Source: Octopus sinensis (Eukaryota). From it: a DNA stretch of 64,000 nt. Shown piece by piece: positions 50,901 to 64,000 of this stretch (positions within the stretch are counted from its first letter, which is position 1; each line of letters opens with the position of its first letter). A program made the translations under genes and the position numbers. The notes beneath the pieces are model-generated. The model had not been told where the DNA came from and searched no databases. It saw only the letters and a list, made by a program, of their open reading frames with translations. The stretch is taken from assembly GCF_006345805.1 (NCBI RefSeq), contig NC_042999.1, positions 42,470,001-42,534,000 on the forward strand. Direction: 5' to 3'.

Positions 50901-51237
50901 ATCTTTACAAATATTAAGAATAAATAAATAAAAAGTACATGAAGTAACACAAGGACAGTCAGACAACTTTTCTACCTCCACGTGGTTCCATCAGGAAGGA
51001 TTCATTACTTCAGAAGCGAACCATTCCAGGCATCCAACATGATAAAAAAAGAAAACACTTATTTTAATCTTGTATTTCAAGCAGCAAATATACCATGGTA
51101 GTGAAATATCCACTCAGAGGATAAGGTGTGTTAAGTCAAAGATGTAACCCCTTACATGGATGCTAGGTATGGTAGAAATAGCAGGTAAATCTTCCTTGGA
51201 TCACACCTAGCCATCTTTAAAAGTGAAGGAGACATAT

Positions 51238-53310
51238 GTTAGTTAGTTAGTTAGTTAGTTAATTTGGCTCAAAAGCAAATAGCAAGGCCATGTAGGGGGA
51301 CATGGAGGTAAGTACAGGGTGGTGTTCATGTAAAGAGTTCAGGCCACTTGAGGTCCAGGGAGGCTTTGAACAAAGCGGTCGTCGGCATCTTCACCATCTC
51401 GTCTGGCAGCTTGTTCCACGGATCCGCAACCCGGACGGAGAAAGCTCCTCTCCTTCGATTGAGATGAAATCGTCGCAGGTAGAGCTTTTCGGAATGACCC
51501 CGCAGCCGACGCTCCGGAGCAGGAGTGAAGAACAGCTCTTTCGAGAGGTTACACTTCCCACTTATGATGTTGTGGGCGAGAATGAGATCACCACGGCGGC
51601 GGCGTTTTTCAAGAGAATAAAGGTCGAGCGTCCTCAGCCTTTCTTCGTAGGACAAATTTTTGAGACCATGAACCATGCGGGTAGCCAGCCTCTGGACTCT
51701 TTCGAGATGCTGTATGTCTTTGAGGAGATAAGGAGAAGAGGCTTGAATCCCATACTCCAATATGGGTCTCACCAGCGTGACATAGAGTGGTAGGAATATG
51801 GCTGCTGTGAGCATTCCGAATGACCGTCGAATCAAAAACAGAATTCCGCGCGCTTTGTTGGCAGCATGGACGCACTGGGCTGAAGGCGAAAAGGAGGAAT
51901 CCACCAAGATACCCAGGTCCTTTACCTGATCGGTCCTCTCAGCAGCAGACGACGACCCGGCTCGAAATCAAGTTGAGTTGCAGGAGTAGAGCCGACAGGC
52001 AGAAGACAGCACTTTGACACGTTCAGACACAGGTCCCAATCGTTAGACCACTTCCAAATTTGGTGGAGGCATCGACGAAGATCCTCTATACTATACCCGA
52101 CGCGAGGACCAGTTTGATATCGTCGGCAAATAGAAGGGTGTGTTGCGTGAGGTCGTCGGGCAAGTCATTTATGAAGACTAAGAACAACAAGGGCCCAAGC
52201 ACTGAACCTTGAGGCACGCCACTGCTCGCACTGGAGACGTCGGACCGCGAACCATTAACTTGAATTGGAAGGAGCGATCTGAGAGGAAGGCACCAACCCA
52301 TCGTACAATATCCGGATGGAAACTATATGCTTGAAGCTTGACAAGTAGTAGGCGGTGTTTACCGAGTCATTGGCAAAGTCCAATAAAACGATGTCAACAG
52401 CATCACTATCATCGAGGATGCGCGTCACCAATTCTTCCATTACTAGTAAGTTGGTCAAGCATGATCTCTTCAGCACGAAGCCGTGTTGGGAATCAGTGAT
52501 CGAGGCTGTGTTTAGGAGGTGGAGTATCATACTTTTCTTAAGGATGGTTTCGAACATCTTGCTGATTATTGATGTAAGGGAAACCGGTCGGTAGTTAAGC
52601 GGGTCTTCGCGGCTCCCTTTCTTGAAAATTGGGCAGATTATCGCTGTTCTCCAGTCTGCAGGTATAACACCCGTCGCCAATGACATATTGAATAGTCGTG
52701 TTAAGGGCTCGCAGATGACCGGAGCCAACGCTTTGATAACCGGGGGTGTATGCCGTCAGGGCCGTGACCCTTGTTGACATCGAGGCCTTGAATAACACGT
52801 TTGACTTCGTCCCGCGTGATGACCAATCGAAGCATTGGAGGTACCGATCTATCAAATGGAGGGGGTTCACGACCATCATCTTGTTTGAAAATAGTTGAAA
52901 AAGCCTCGGCAAATAATTGACTCTGTTGATAAGGGTCCTCAATCGATACGCCTGTTGAGTCTACCAACGTTGCAATCTGGTTGTTCAAGCGGGATTCCGC
53001 TGGACATGGGCAAAGAAGGTTTTTGGATTGCTACTGGCATTTGCCGCGATTTTGTATTCATAACTGAAGCGTTCTTTCTTTTCAATTTTCACGGCTCGGT
53101 CTCGTTGAGTTTTGTACACCTCAAAAGCTGCAGTCGAATCCAGATTTTTGAATTCAGCCCAAGCAATATCTCTGAGTCGACGTTCTCGTTTAACCTTCTT
53201 CGTCACCCAGGGCTTGTGTTTCTTCCTCTTGGGAAGCCCAACAGGAACTGCCTGGTCAGTCAAACAGATTACATATGCTTTGAGGGATGACCATAGTTCG
53301 TATCTAAAAT
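51238..53310 (-). mobile_element. CR1/L2-group LINE, 5'-truncated, frameshifted RT
   Basis: [72 protein letters not shown] and RRRGDLI motifs, with an (AACT)n 3' tail. Confidence 0.88.
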
Positions 53311-53504
53311 ACTGAGACTTTGGTCATGATTAGTATGCCAGGCAAAATGCATAACAGCATTTCGTCCGGCTCTTTACATTCTGAGTCCAGACACCTGCTT
53401 TTTGGAGTCGATGAAATAATCACCAGAGAAGACACGGCAAGCCAAGTGAGACCATAACCTAGTGGCCTATGCCAGGGGTGTAACCAGCCCATTTATGTGT
53501 ACCT

Positions 53505-54046
53505 TTCCTTCATTGGACACTAAACTCTGCTTGTGAAGACCTGTTGAGGCAAGTGAAATCGAAATTGAAATCAAATTCGATAAATGGCATCCATGCTAGT
53601 GGAGCGCTAAGAGCACCATCCAAGAGTGAATGTTGCCAGAGCAACAAACTGGCTTCCATGCCGGTGGCATGTAAAAAGCACCATTCGAGTGTGGTCGTTA
53701 CCTGCATCGCCTTACTGGCACTTGTGCTGGTGGCACGTGAAAAACATTTGAGCGAGGTCGTTGCCAGTGTCGCTGGACTGGCTCCTGTGCCGGTGACACA
53801 TAAAAAGCACCATTTGAGCGTGGCTGTTGCCAGTACTGCCTGACTGGCCCTTGTCCTGGTGGTATGTAAAAGCACCCACTACACTCTCGGAGTGGTTGGC
53901 ATTAGGAAGGACATCCAGCTGTAGAAACTCTGCCAGATCAGATTGGAGCCTGGTGCAGCCATCTAGTTCGCCAGTCCTCAGCCAAATCGTCCAACCCATG
54001 CTAGCATGGAAAGCAGACGTTAAACGATGATGATGATGATGATGAT
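53505..54046 (+). mobile_element. RTE LINE 3'-end fragment
   Basis: cttgtgaagacctgttgaggcaagtga... through the (GAT)n tail. Confidence 0.8.
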
Positions 54047-54898
54047 GGACACTGGGATCAATGTAATCAACTGACCCCATCCCTCAAAATGTCAGGCATT
54101 GTGCCTAGAGTAGAAAGAATTGTTTAGCAGAATTGTTAACATGATCACGGCGAGCTGGCAGAAACATTAGCATGCTGAGTGAAATGCTTAGTGGTTCAGA
54201 GTTCAAAGGTTGACTTTGCCTTTCATCTTTTCGAGGTCTATTAAATAAGTGCCAGTTATGCACTGGGGTTGATATAATCAACTTAATCCGTTTGTCCGTC
54301 CTTGTTTGTTCCCTCTGTGTTTAGCCCCTTGTGGGCAGTAAAGAAATAAGAATTGTTAGCATGATGGACAAAATGCTTTGTGGCATTTCATCAATCTTTA
54401 TGTTCTGAATTCAAATGCTGCCAAGGTTAACTTTGCCTTTCGTCATTTCAGGGTCAATGAGATAAGTACCAGACAAGTACTAGTTTTGATGAAAATCAAC
54501 TAGCCCCAGCCCAAAATTTCAGGCCTTCTGAGTTCAAATTTCACCAACATCGACTTTACCTTTCCTCCTTTCATGGTCGATAAATTAAGTATCGACTATA
54601 CCCCTCCCCACAACTTCAGGCTTTGTACCTATAGCAGAAAGGATTATCATTATTATCATTATTATTAAGGTGTCAAACTGGCAAAATCATTAGCACACCA
54701 GGTGGAATGCTCAGCAGTATTTTGTCTATCTTTATGTTCTGAGTTCAAATTCCATCAAGGTCATCTTTTCCTTTCATCTTTTTGTGGTTGATAAAATAAG
54801 TACCAGTTGAACACTGGGGTGAATGTAATCAACTATTCCCCTCCTCACAAATTTCAGGTTTTGTGACTTTAGCAGAAAGGATCATTATTATTATTATT

Positions 54899-55433
54899 GA
54901 GTGAGTGAGCAGTGCATGCCATCAAAGTGACACTGGGGTAAAATATACAAAACCCAGTATATTCATCATAACTACCCCTTCTGATAGGGGTACACTAGGC
55001 ACATGCATCACAACCATGTGTGCGCGACATGGTGATCTCATATCAAGATAAACAGCACATGACATTGCAGATGAGGCCCAGTTAGAATTTTCTTCTGCTC
55101 GAGTAACTCATCCCGCTCAAAAGGTCCCGGAATAAAGGTTGTTTAAGGATGTTGAACGAAACACCCATGTTTCCAGAGGTGAATTATTCAAACCCCAAAG
55201 AATCCCTCTCAACACACGGCTATGATGCTCCCCCTCTACTCCTGCTCGTGATCAGAGATGCACATATCGTCAGCCACTAAGGGACATGCTCAACTGGTTA
55301 AGGTCAAACAACTGACAAGAAAATCTGTGGTATTGAGCAGAATATTTGCTATAGCCCATCTTTTATACCAAGACAAAACAATGTACATGATAACACTTCC
55401 AATCAGTTAAGATCAGAAGCCATGAGAGCCACT
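54899..55433 (-). mobile_element. Non-coding ~535-bp retro-element flanked by (AAT)n
   Basis: Unique-looking, GC-richer block with no ORF over 60 aa. It lies between (ATT)n tracts at 54884-54898 and 55434-55505. Confidence 0.5.
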
Positions 55434-55460
55434 ATTATTATTATTATTATTATTATTATG

Positions 55461-55507
<47 letters not shown>

Positions 55508-56123
55508 GGTGGCAAGCTGGCAGAATCGTTAGCATGCTGGGTGAAATGCTTAGCAGTATTTCATCAGCCGCTACTTTCTGAGTTCAAATTCTGCCGACGT
55601 TGACTTTGCATTTCATCCTTTTGGGGGTCAATAAATTAAGTAGCAGTCAAGTACTGGGATCAAAATAATCGACTATCCCACACCCCACAAATTCCAGTCC
55701 TTGTGCCTGTAGAAAACAAAAAAATTATTATTATTATTATTAGTAGTAGTAGTAGTAGTAGCAGTAGTAGTAGTAGTAGCAGCAGCAGCAGCAATAACAG
55801 CAACAATAGCAGTAGTTATATTGGTGGTGATGTGGAAGCATTTTTGTTGGTGCCAATAATATCAGTATTGATAGTGGTGATTATGCTGACGATGTTGTTG
55901 CTGTTGTTGTTGTTGTTGGTGGTGGTGGTGTTGATGTTGTCATTGGTAATATTATTGGTATTGTTAATGATGATGATGATGATGATGATAATGGTGATGC
56001 TGCTGCAGTTACTGCTGCTGCTGCAGTATTTTTGTTTATTTAATGTTGTTTGTAGTATTTGTTATTGTTGCTGTTTTGTTGTATTTTTTGGGAATGTATT
56101 ATTATTATTATTATTATTATTAT

Positions 56124-56170
<47 letters not shown>

Positions 56171-56475
56171 ACAGCTGTACCAGCAGCAGTGATGGCAGGG
56201 GTGGTGATGGTGGTGGTGGTGGTTTTGGTTGTGGTGGCAGTGGTGTCTGTGTCTGTAGCGCAGTGGTCTCTGTGGTGGTGGTGATGGTGGTGGTGGTTGT
56301 GGTTGTGGTGTGGTGGTTATGGTGGATGCTGCTTTGATAGGTGGAAATGATGGGTTTATGTGATGAGATAGTAATTAGAAGAGAATGAAGAATTCTCAAA
56401 AGAAATGACAAAGAACACAAAGAAAAATAATAAAAAAAAACCCCAAAAAACTATCAGAGCTGAACACGTAGAAAG

Positions 56476-56520
<45 letters not shown>

Positions 56521-57187
56521 GAGAATCTAAAAATAGTGGAAAAGAAGGAACCAAACAAAACTAAAATAAAAATGAGAATAATTATCCCAAGTGAGAGAAT
56601 TAAGGGAGTACACGTGACAGTGTGTCTTGGAAATAATAAGAGTCAAAAAATATAGTAAATAAGTAAATAATAAAGTAATTAGTGTCTGTCTGTGTGTATG
56701 TATGAATGTGTGTCAGTGTGTGTAAGTTTGTATGTATGTATGTATGTATGTATGTATGTATGTATGTATGTATGTATGTGGGTATGTAAGTGTGTTTGTA
56801 TGTATGTTTGTGCATGTGCTTGTAAATCTCTATGTATCCATATGTGTGTTTATATACATATATATATATATATCATCATCATCATCATCATCATGATATA
56901 TATATATATATAATATATATATATATTTATTTATAAACTGTACTCACATATACATACATACATACATACTTACATATTATATATATATATATATATTATA
57001 TATATATATATATACATACACATATATATATATGCATACACACACATATATATACATACATACATACATAGACACGCACATATGCACAGTAGAAAAATAT
57101 TGAAAATTGTAATTAAAATGAGGAAAAAAATTAAGAAATAATAAATGAAAAGATATATTACAGTAATTAATAAAACAGACAGATGCA

Positions 57188-57229
<42 letters not shown>

Positions 57230-57477
57230 TATATATATACACATGCTTGTGTGTGTATACTTAAAAAAAATTTTTTAAATGCAATTAAAATGGAAGACAA
57301 ACAAGATGAATAAATAACAGATAAATAATAATGTGTATGTATATATATATATGCATGTATGTGTATATATATGCATGTATGTATATACTCACATACACAC
57401 ACATGTATATATTTGAAATTGTACTTATAAATTAGTGCATGTACACTGTTGACTTTTTGTATGAACCTGTAGACATC

Positions 57478-57531
<54 letters not shown>

Positions 57532-58129
57532 CACACACACACACATATGTATACATAAAAATATATATGTAGGTCTGTATGACTTTGTATATATGTTTGT
57601 TTGTGCTTCTATGAATCATCAACAATAGACACTGTAGAAATAGATTAACTTCTATCTTATATTCATTCCACCCTTACCATTACTGGAACTTTCATTTCCA
57701 ATCTAGTCTTACTCACAACGTAAGTCAATTAACCTCTTTTATTCATTTACCAATTTTTAAAAAAATTTTTATCATAAATATTACAGCCATTTTGCTATTT
57801 TCTTACCATCTTACATATCATGTTGAACAAGTAATTTTGTATTCCTAACTCAACATGTCTCCAACCTTTATGCTCTACATGATTTAGTAGACACTTGAAA
57901 TAACTGCTAAATTTTATTATCATCTACTTTATTAATTAATATTCAATTTTATTTATTCTATTACAAAGGCGTAGGAGTGGCTGTGTGGTAAGTAGCTTGC
58001 TTATCAACCACATGGTTCTGGGTTCAGTCCCACTGCATGGCACCTTGAGCAAGTGTCTTCTACTATAGCCTCGGGCTAACCAAAGCCTTGTGAGTGGATT
58101 TGGTAGACGGAAGCTGAAAGAAGCCCGTC

Positions 58130-58171
<42 letters not shown>

Positions 58172-60418
58172 GTGTGTGTGTGTGTATGTTTGTGTGTCTA
58201 TGTTTGTCCCCCCAACATCGCTTAACAACCGATGGATGATGATGTTTAGCCCCTTGTGGGTAATAAAGAAATACTGGATGATGATGATGATGATGATAAT
58301 GATAAGAAATTATACAGCAATATAGTTTTTAAAACACTAAAGCAGCTTAATTAAGTCCTGCTTGTTGAAGGATTTTAATTGCATTTTCGTTTTTGCAGTT
58401 AATAATTCAAGATTTTGCTTTTCGGGAAATTACCATTGCTTTAGAGAAAAGAGTACTGAAACCAAAAATCTCAGGAGATGCACATAGTAGCTTTGAGAGC
58501 CGCATGCAGCTGAAAGAAACCCATTGTGTGTATGAGTGTGTGTGTTTCCCCCCATCACCACAATTTGACAACCGGTGTTGGTTTGTTTATGTCCCCATAA
58601 CTTAGTAGTTCGGCAAAAGAAGGTAACAGAATAAATACCAGTACTGCGGTTGATTCGTTCAGCTAAAAACTCTTCGAGGTAGTGCCCCAGCATGGCCACA
58701 ATCTAATGACCGAAACAAGCAACAAGACAGTAAAAGAGAAAGGTGTGTCACTCATTCTGCCTGTGAATTACCTCAAGGTTACATATCCGCAGAATACCCA
58801 GCCATTTAACAAACTAATGCGGCTGATTAAACAACCAAACACTTATAGATATCTATTTACTATCTCCATTTCTACTTATTATTAGCTAGATAGCTTCAAT
58901 AAACCTTCTTCTTTTTCTTCCCTGTTACCAGTTTAAATTTCATTAGTTAATGACTTCATGATATCCTCCAAGTTTCAGATATCTAGAACATTCCTCTATA
59001 ATTCATACATTTCATAAAATCGCCTCTTTTACATTGCCTTCATGCTGTCACATATTAATGACTTGGTGAAACTTTTATTTCTTCTACATAATAAAACTTT
59101 GAATTTTGTATTGAGTCACTTTTTCACTTAATATCATACACATATCAAATATACATTTATATTATACATAAGTGCAAGCATGGCTGTGTGCTAAGAGCTT
59201 TGCTTCCTAACCACACAGTTTCCAGTTCAGTCCCACTGCATGATACTTTGAGCAAGTGTTTTCTGATACAGCCTCAGGCTGACCAATACCTTGGGTGGAT
59301 TTGATAGACGCAAACTGAAAGAAGCCTGTCATATATATATATATATATATATATAAGAGATAATGGTGTCATTGAGACCCAAAGGTGTCAAGTAATGCTG
59401 AATAAGTGCTATAGACAGACCATAGTTAAGTTCCAGATTCGGTAATATTGTGAATAAAGGGTTCAACGTTGGTTCTATGTCAGCGTGTATATATAAGAAT
59501 TTTTTGTGTAATAAGATAAAAAAACCAAGGCTGTATAGATATTAGAGCATTTATAGATAGAAGCCTTGGTTTTTTTTATCTTATTACGCAAAAAAATTCT
59601 TTTATATATATATGTGTGTGTGTGTGAAAGACAATCTGTGTGTGTGTATGTCTTTGTGTCTCTGTTTGTCCCCCACTGCCACTTGACAACCTGTGTTGGT
59701 GTGTTTATGTTCCAGTAATTCATTCAACTGAAAATTCTTCAAGGCAGTGCTCAAGCATGGCCGCAATCTGATAACTGAAACAAGTAAGTGGTAAAAAATA
59801 TATGTGTGTGTGTGTGTGTGTTATTATTCACTTAGGTATAGCGATGTTAATAAGTTGGTGTTAGAACACAACATACTTAGGCTTCAGAACAAAGTGTCAG
59901 TCAAGTGGAGAGCAGTAATAAGAAATTAAAACAACAAAGGAATAAGAAATTATGAAGTTCATGACATAATTTCTTATTATTTCAATTTCTCAAAGATATA
60001 CACACACACATCTGCATGTGTGTGTGTGTGTGTATTTGGTGTATGGCTGTGTGGTAAGATCTTACTTCCCAACCACATGGTTCTGAGTTCAGTCACACTG
60101 CGTGACACCTTTGGCAAGTGTCTTCTACTATAGCCTCAAGCCAACAAAAACCTTGTAGATAGATTTGGTAGATGGAAATTGAAAGAAGCCCATAATATTT
60201 ATGTGTGTGCGTGTGTTTGAAAAAATGAATAGAAAAGGCTCAAAGTGGAAAAATTATCAGAAAAGCCTTTTCTATTCATTTTTTCAAATATATAATACTG
60301 TACCAAGGACTTTCTATTTCTTACTCTCTATTAAATATATATATATATATATATTTGTGGGGTTGAATCTGGAACCATATATATATATATATTTGTGGGG
60401 CTGAACTGGGAACCATAT

Positions 60419-60474
<56 letters not shown>

Positions 60475-60689
60475 TGTGGGTCTCAGCCTGGAACTATATA
60501 TATGTATATATACTCACTCACACTTAAAGAGGTTTTTAAAGAAATTGGACAACTGTAATTAAAATGGAAAAAGGAAACCAAAACACAAAATAAATATCAG
60601 TTTGCAGAATTAGGAGAGCATTGAACAAAATACAATATGGTATTTGCTTATACTAGGAAGTCAAATCTTCCATTCAGGCTGACTGTGGC

Positions 60690-60900
60690 ATTCATATTTC
60701 TCAAGTCAATAAAATAAGCACCAGAAATGGGGTTGAGGGTTGGTACAATTGTTAATGCCCTTTAATCCTTTCCATTCGTAGCATCCTTGTGTAGCAGCCA
60801 TCTAGCATGTTTGATAATTTCTTTATCAGTGTCCATGTTTCACTGCCATATGATAGCACCGATTCAACAGCTGTATTGAACTGGATGCATCCAAATTAAT
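60690..60900 (-). pseudogene. RTE/RTEX-like RT C-terminal fragment
   Basis: FNTAVESVLSYGSETWTLIKKLSNMLDGCYTRMLR on the minus strand. Confidence 0.6.
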
Positions 60901-61342
60901 ATTGTGGAACCTACTCCATGGTAATGTAAGAAGAGGAGAATGTCACGCTTACATCAACAACTTGATCACAGATATTGTCCTGGAATGTATCTAGGACCTT
61001 GAGGCAATGATGTTGGACTTGGAAGTACAGCAAGTGAACTGTATTTCTGTGGCCCAGGTTGGAACCTGGCCATAAAAACTTTATTTTTTTTAATCCTTTG
61101 TGATACTAAATTTCCTTTGAAATACACAGCCTTTGTCTCAATCAATTTTGAAGTTAATAAAAAATTTTGTAAAATAATTTTGTCATTATTAAGCTTTTGT
61201 TTAGAACATAAATTAACAAGGTATTTTGATGGTATTTTAATTCAACCCATCTGTTACCGTAATTCTGTTGAAATCATCGCATTTGTTTCATTTAATTTTG
61301 AAATTAATGAAGAATGTAGTAAAATAATTTTGTTGTTATTAA

Positions 61343-61560
61343 CTCTTTCATTACCAACACGGCTGAAACTGGTTCTGGTTCTGAGTACAAATGTCTTTTT
61401 TTCATAAGTTCTGAATTAAAATCTTCCACCAAACCTCAGTCACATTATGTTCCTAACACTAGCTTAATGATAACTAAGTTATTTTGCAAAATTCTTTGTT
61501 ATACTTAAAGTAATTGAAAGAAATACAGAGCATTTCAACACATTTACAGTAACAAAAGGG
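61343..61560. mobile_element. piggyBac-like MITE
   Basis: TTAA|CTCTTT...AAAGGG|TTAA. Confidence 0.7.
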
Positions 61561-61859
61561 TTAAGCTGGTGTTTGGAACAAAATGTTAACATGTAATTAT
61601 GTTGGAAGGTTTTAATGTAGATCATTTCAAAGCAGAAAATTTGTATTACGGAAGCAGAGGCAGTCCCAGGAAGGTTGGTAATAAAAAGACTGAAGTGCTA
61701 ATTTAATAGAATCTGAAGTGTCCAAGGAGTGCATCATGTTCCAATTTCTGTTTTAGCATATATTTGTTTTTTACAGCTGGATTCCCTTCTTAATGCCAAC
61801 TACTGTATAGCATGGATTGGGTGCTTTTTTTATGAGCCACTTGCACTAGTCATCGCCTG

Positions 61860-62870
61860 AAGATATGAAAGGCAGCGTGAACCTCAGTGATCCAAGCTGA
61901 ACACACATATCTGATGAAATAGCTCAAGCAAAACAGCTGCTCAACAGAGTAGAAACATCAGCTGCCAAGGCAAGCTGGCAGAATCGTAAGCATGCTGGGT
62001 GAAATGCTTAGTAGTATTTCGTCTACTGTTACGTTCTGAGTTCAAATTCCGCCGAGGTCGACTTTGCCTTTCATCTTTTTGGGGTCGATAAATTAAGTAC
62101 CAGCCATGCACTGGAGTCGGTGTAATCGACTTAATCCCTTTGTCTGTCCTTGTTTGTCCCCTCTATGTTTAGCCCCTTGTAGGCAATAAAGAAATAAGAA
62201 ACATCAGCTGCCAAAATAGGACTACACACAAATGTCAAGAAAACCCAAGTACATATCTTTCAACCAATCAAGTGATGCTGAACTGTTTGCTTTGAAGGGT
62301 ACCAAATTGAATGTTGTTGAAAACTTCAAGTAGTTAGGTTGTTGGGTGAGTAGTTCAGAAGCCAACATCAAGGTCAGAAGGGCATCAGCATTGACAGCCT
62401 GTCACAAACTAAAGAAGATCTGGAACTCCAAATTGCCCAGGCAAATCAAAATCAAACTATTCATTGCAATTGTCAAATCAGTGCTATTATATGGCAGTGA
62501 AACAGATGCTGACGAAGAAATTATCAAGCATGCTGTCACACAAGGATGCTACAAATAGTGCTAAATGTGAAATAGCAGCAACATATGACAAACGAATGCA
62601 TTTATGGAGGTCTGCCAAAAGTTAGTGAGAAAATCAGGCTGTGACTATCTGGTCACTGCACGCACCACTCTGATCTGGAAATTAGCTTTGTGGAACCCAT
62701 TTCACAGTGATGTAGGGAGAGGAAAACATCATCGCACTTACATTGGCAACTTGATCACAGACACTGGCCTGAAATATACCCTGGACCATGAGGCAGTGAT
62801 ACTGGACCAAGAAGTATAGCGGGTGGACTTTGTTGCGGCAACACAGGTTAGAACCCAACCATAACAATAA
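61860..62870 (+). pseudogene. Degenerate RTE/RTEX-like LINE fragment split by a SINE
   Basis: LNRVETSAAK|IGLHTNVKKT joined across the SINE, then LKKIWNSKLPRQIKIKLFIAIVKSVLLYGSET. Confidence 0.65.
61969..62196 (+). mobile_element. SINE family with GAGGTCGACTTTGCCTTTCATC central domain, 18-bp TSD
   Basis: TSD AGAAACATCAGCTGCCAA at 61951-61968 and 62197-62214. Further copies at ~26830-27090, 31100-31300, 33700-33890, 39850-40520, 48555-48770, 54046-54880 and 55506-55715. Confidence 0.8.
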
Positions 62871-63220
62871 AATAAAATTATTAAGATACCATAAAGTATT
62901 TTGGATAATGGTCTGCTAATCCTTTCAAAACATCAAACAGTAAAAGCCAAAAGTAAACATTGAAAATTAATTTAAACAAGCAGTCATTAATAGTATTAAT
63001 ACATTCAAGCTTTTGTGTGAAACAGCTTTTATTTATTTTTAATCTCTGTGTTCATGAACTTGTCTGTTTGTCTTCATCATTTTCTTTGAGAGAAAGACTG
63101 AAGGAATGGAGATATCTGAGTGTTTTGTTTCCTCTGAATCAGTTTTTGCGTGCTATTATACATATCCATATATATACTTATGTATATATGTGCACACAAA
63201 CATACGCATACATATGAAAT

Positions 63221-63255
<35 letters not shown>

Positions 63256-63668
63256 GCACATGTGTATCTATATATCATAATTAACATGGTACTTTCTTTC
63301 TTTCTTTTTCACCTTCTTATAATTCTTTTGTGAGAAAAAAACTATGTTCAAGAATTGGTGATGTCTGAGAATGAAACTTTACTTTTAACATCTGTTTTGA
63401 GAGACCAATGCAATTAATTAGTAATTATGAAGAAGTGAAGACAATATACACTAGCATACACATGCACACACAGCCAAGTATTTAAACGTTCATACACACA
63501 CAATGCACAAGGAACACATATACATGCACTCCTAAACTTTAATAATTTGACAGTAAAATAACAAACCAGTGTGTGAGTGGTGTATCAAAAACTATAAATA
63601 CACATGAGCCTAATTGATTAGAAAGTTAATTAGCCTAAATGAGATACAGTTTCTCTTTATGCTGGGAA

Positions 63669-63889
63669 TACAAGGGGTTGCTGAAAAGTTCCTGGCTTTA
63701 AGGGTACTGTGGAAGGCCTGGTTGGAGGCCCAACTTCCCAAGTTCTTTTACAGGACTTAAGAAAAAATGAAGGACTGCTGCAATAAGTGTGTGTGAATCT
63801 CAGAAGAGAATATGTTGAATAATCATAATTAACTGACCCTCCTGTATTTTCTTTTACCCAGAACCAAGAACTTTCCATACTACCACGTA
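63669..63889. mobile_element. Tc1/mariner-type MITE
   Basis: Imperfect TIRs TACAAGGGGTTGCTGAAAAGTTCCTGG / CCAAGAACTTTCCATACTACCACGTA. Confidence 0.55.
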
Positions 63890-63900
63890 TATATATATAT

Positions 63901-64000
63901 ATTGATAAAAATGGTAAGATAACAAAAGAATGAAAGAGACCTCGATATTATGTAAATAGAGGAATTTATCTGTAAATGTAATATGTGACAATTATTCGGT
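63901..64000. mobile_element. Second copy (window-truncated) of the 6366-6707 family
   Basis: attgataaaaatggtaag...gacaattattc matches 6366-6461 and also follows (TA)n. Confidence 0.7.

Noticed and set aside
50139-50950. Long His/Asp/Val/Met-rich ORFs (also 38273-39515, 55703-56420, 27016-27402)
   Set aside because: They are translations of trinucleotide microsatellite mosaics with no domain or splice logic. Only 50143-50193 within this region is a real exon, in a different frame.

Overview
AT-rich, microsatellite-laden eukaryotic DNA, most consistent with an octopus (coleoid cephalopod) genome, judged from its tRNA/CORE-type SINE families. The only host gene is KIF6 (kinesin-9 family) on the minus strand. 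Four in-phase tail exons were found (50143-50193, 46545-46617, 9822-9957, 1424-1707), separated by introns of 3.5, 36.6 and 8.1 kb. The motor-domain exons and the final exon were not found and probably lie outside the window. The introns are filled with transposable elements: an RTE LINE and many copies of its 3' end, R4/Dong-type restriction-like-endonuclease (RLE) LINEs sitting in (TAA)n and (CATA)n microsatellites, a CR1/L2-type LINE, several SINE families, mariner relics and TTAA-flanked MITEs. The most notable signal is five sequence-unrelated small elements in (TA)n tracts that carry type I hammerhead-ribozyme motifs, four of them as foldback inverted repeats. The best is a ~480-nt circularly permuted, terminally redundant unit with a canonical hammerhead (42666-43708), which looks like a Penelope-derived retrozyme-like element. 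No database searches or folding programs were run. Family names come from recognised motifs, and repeat boundaries are approximate.
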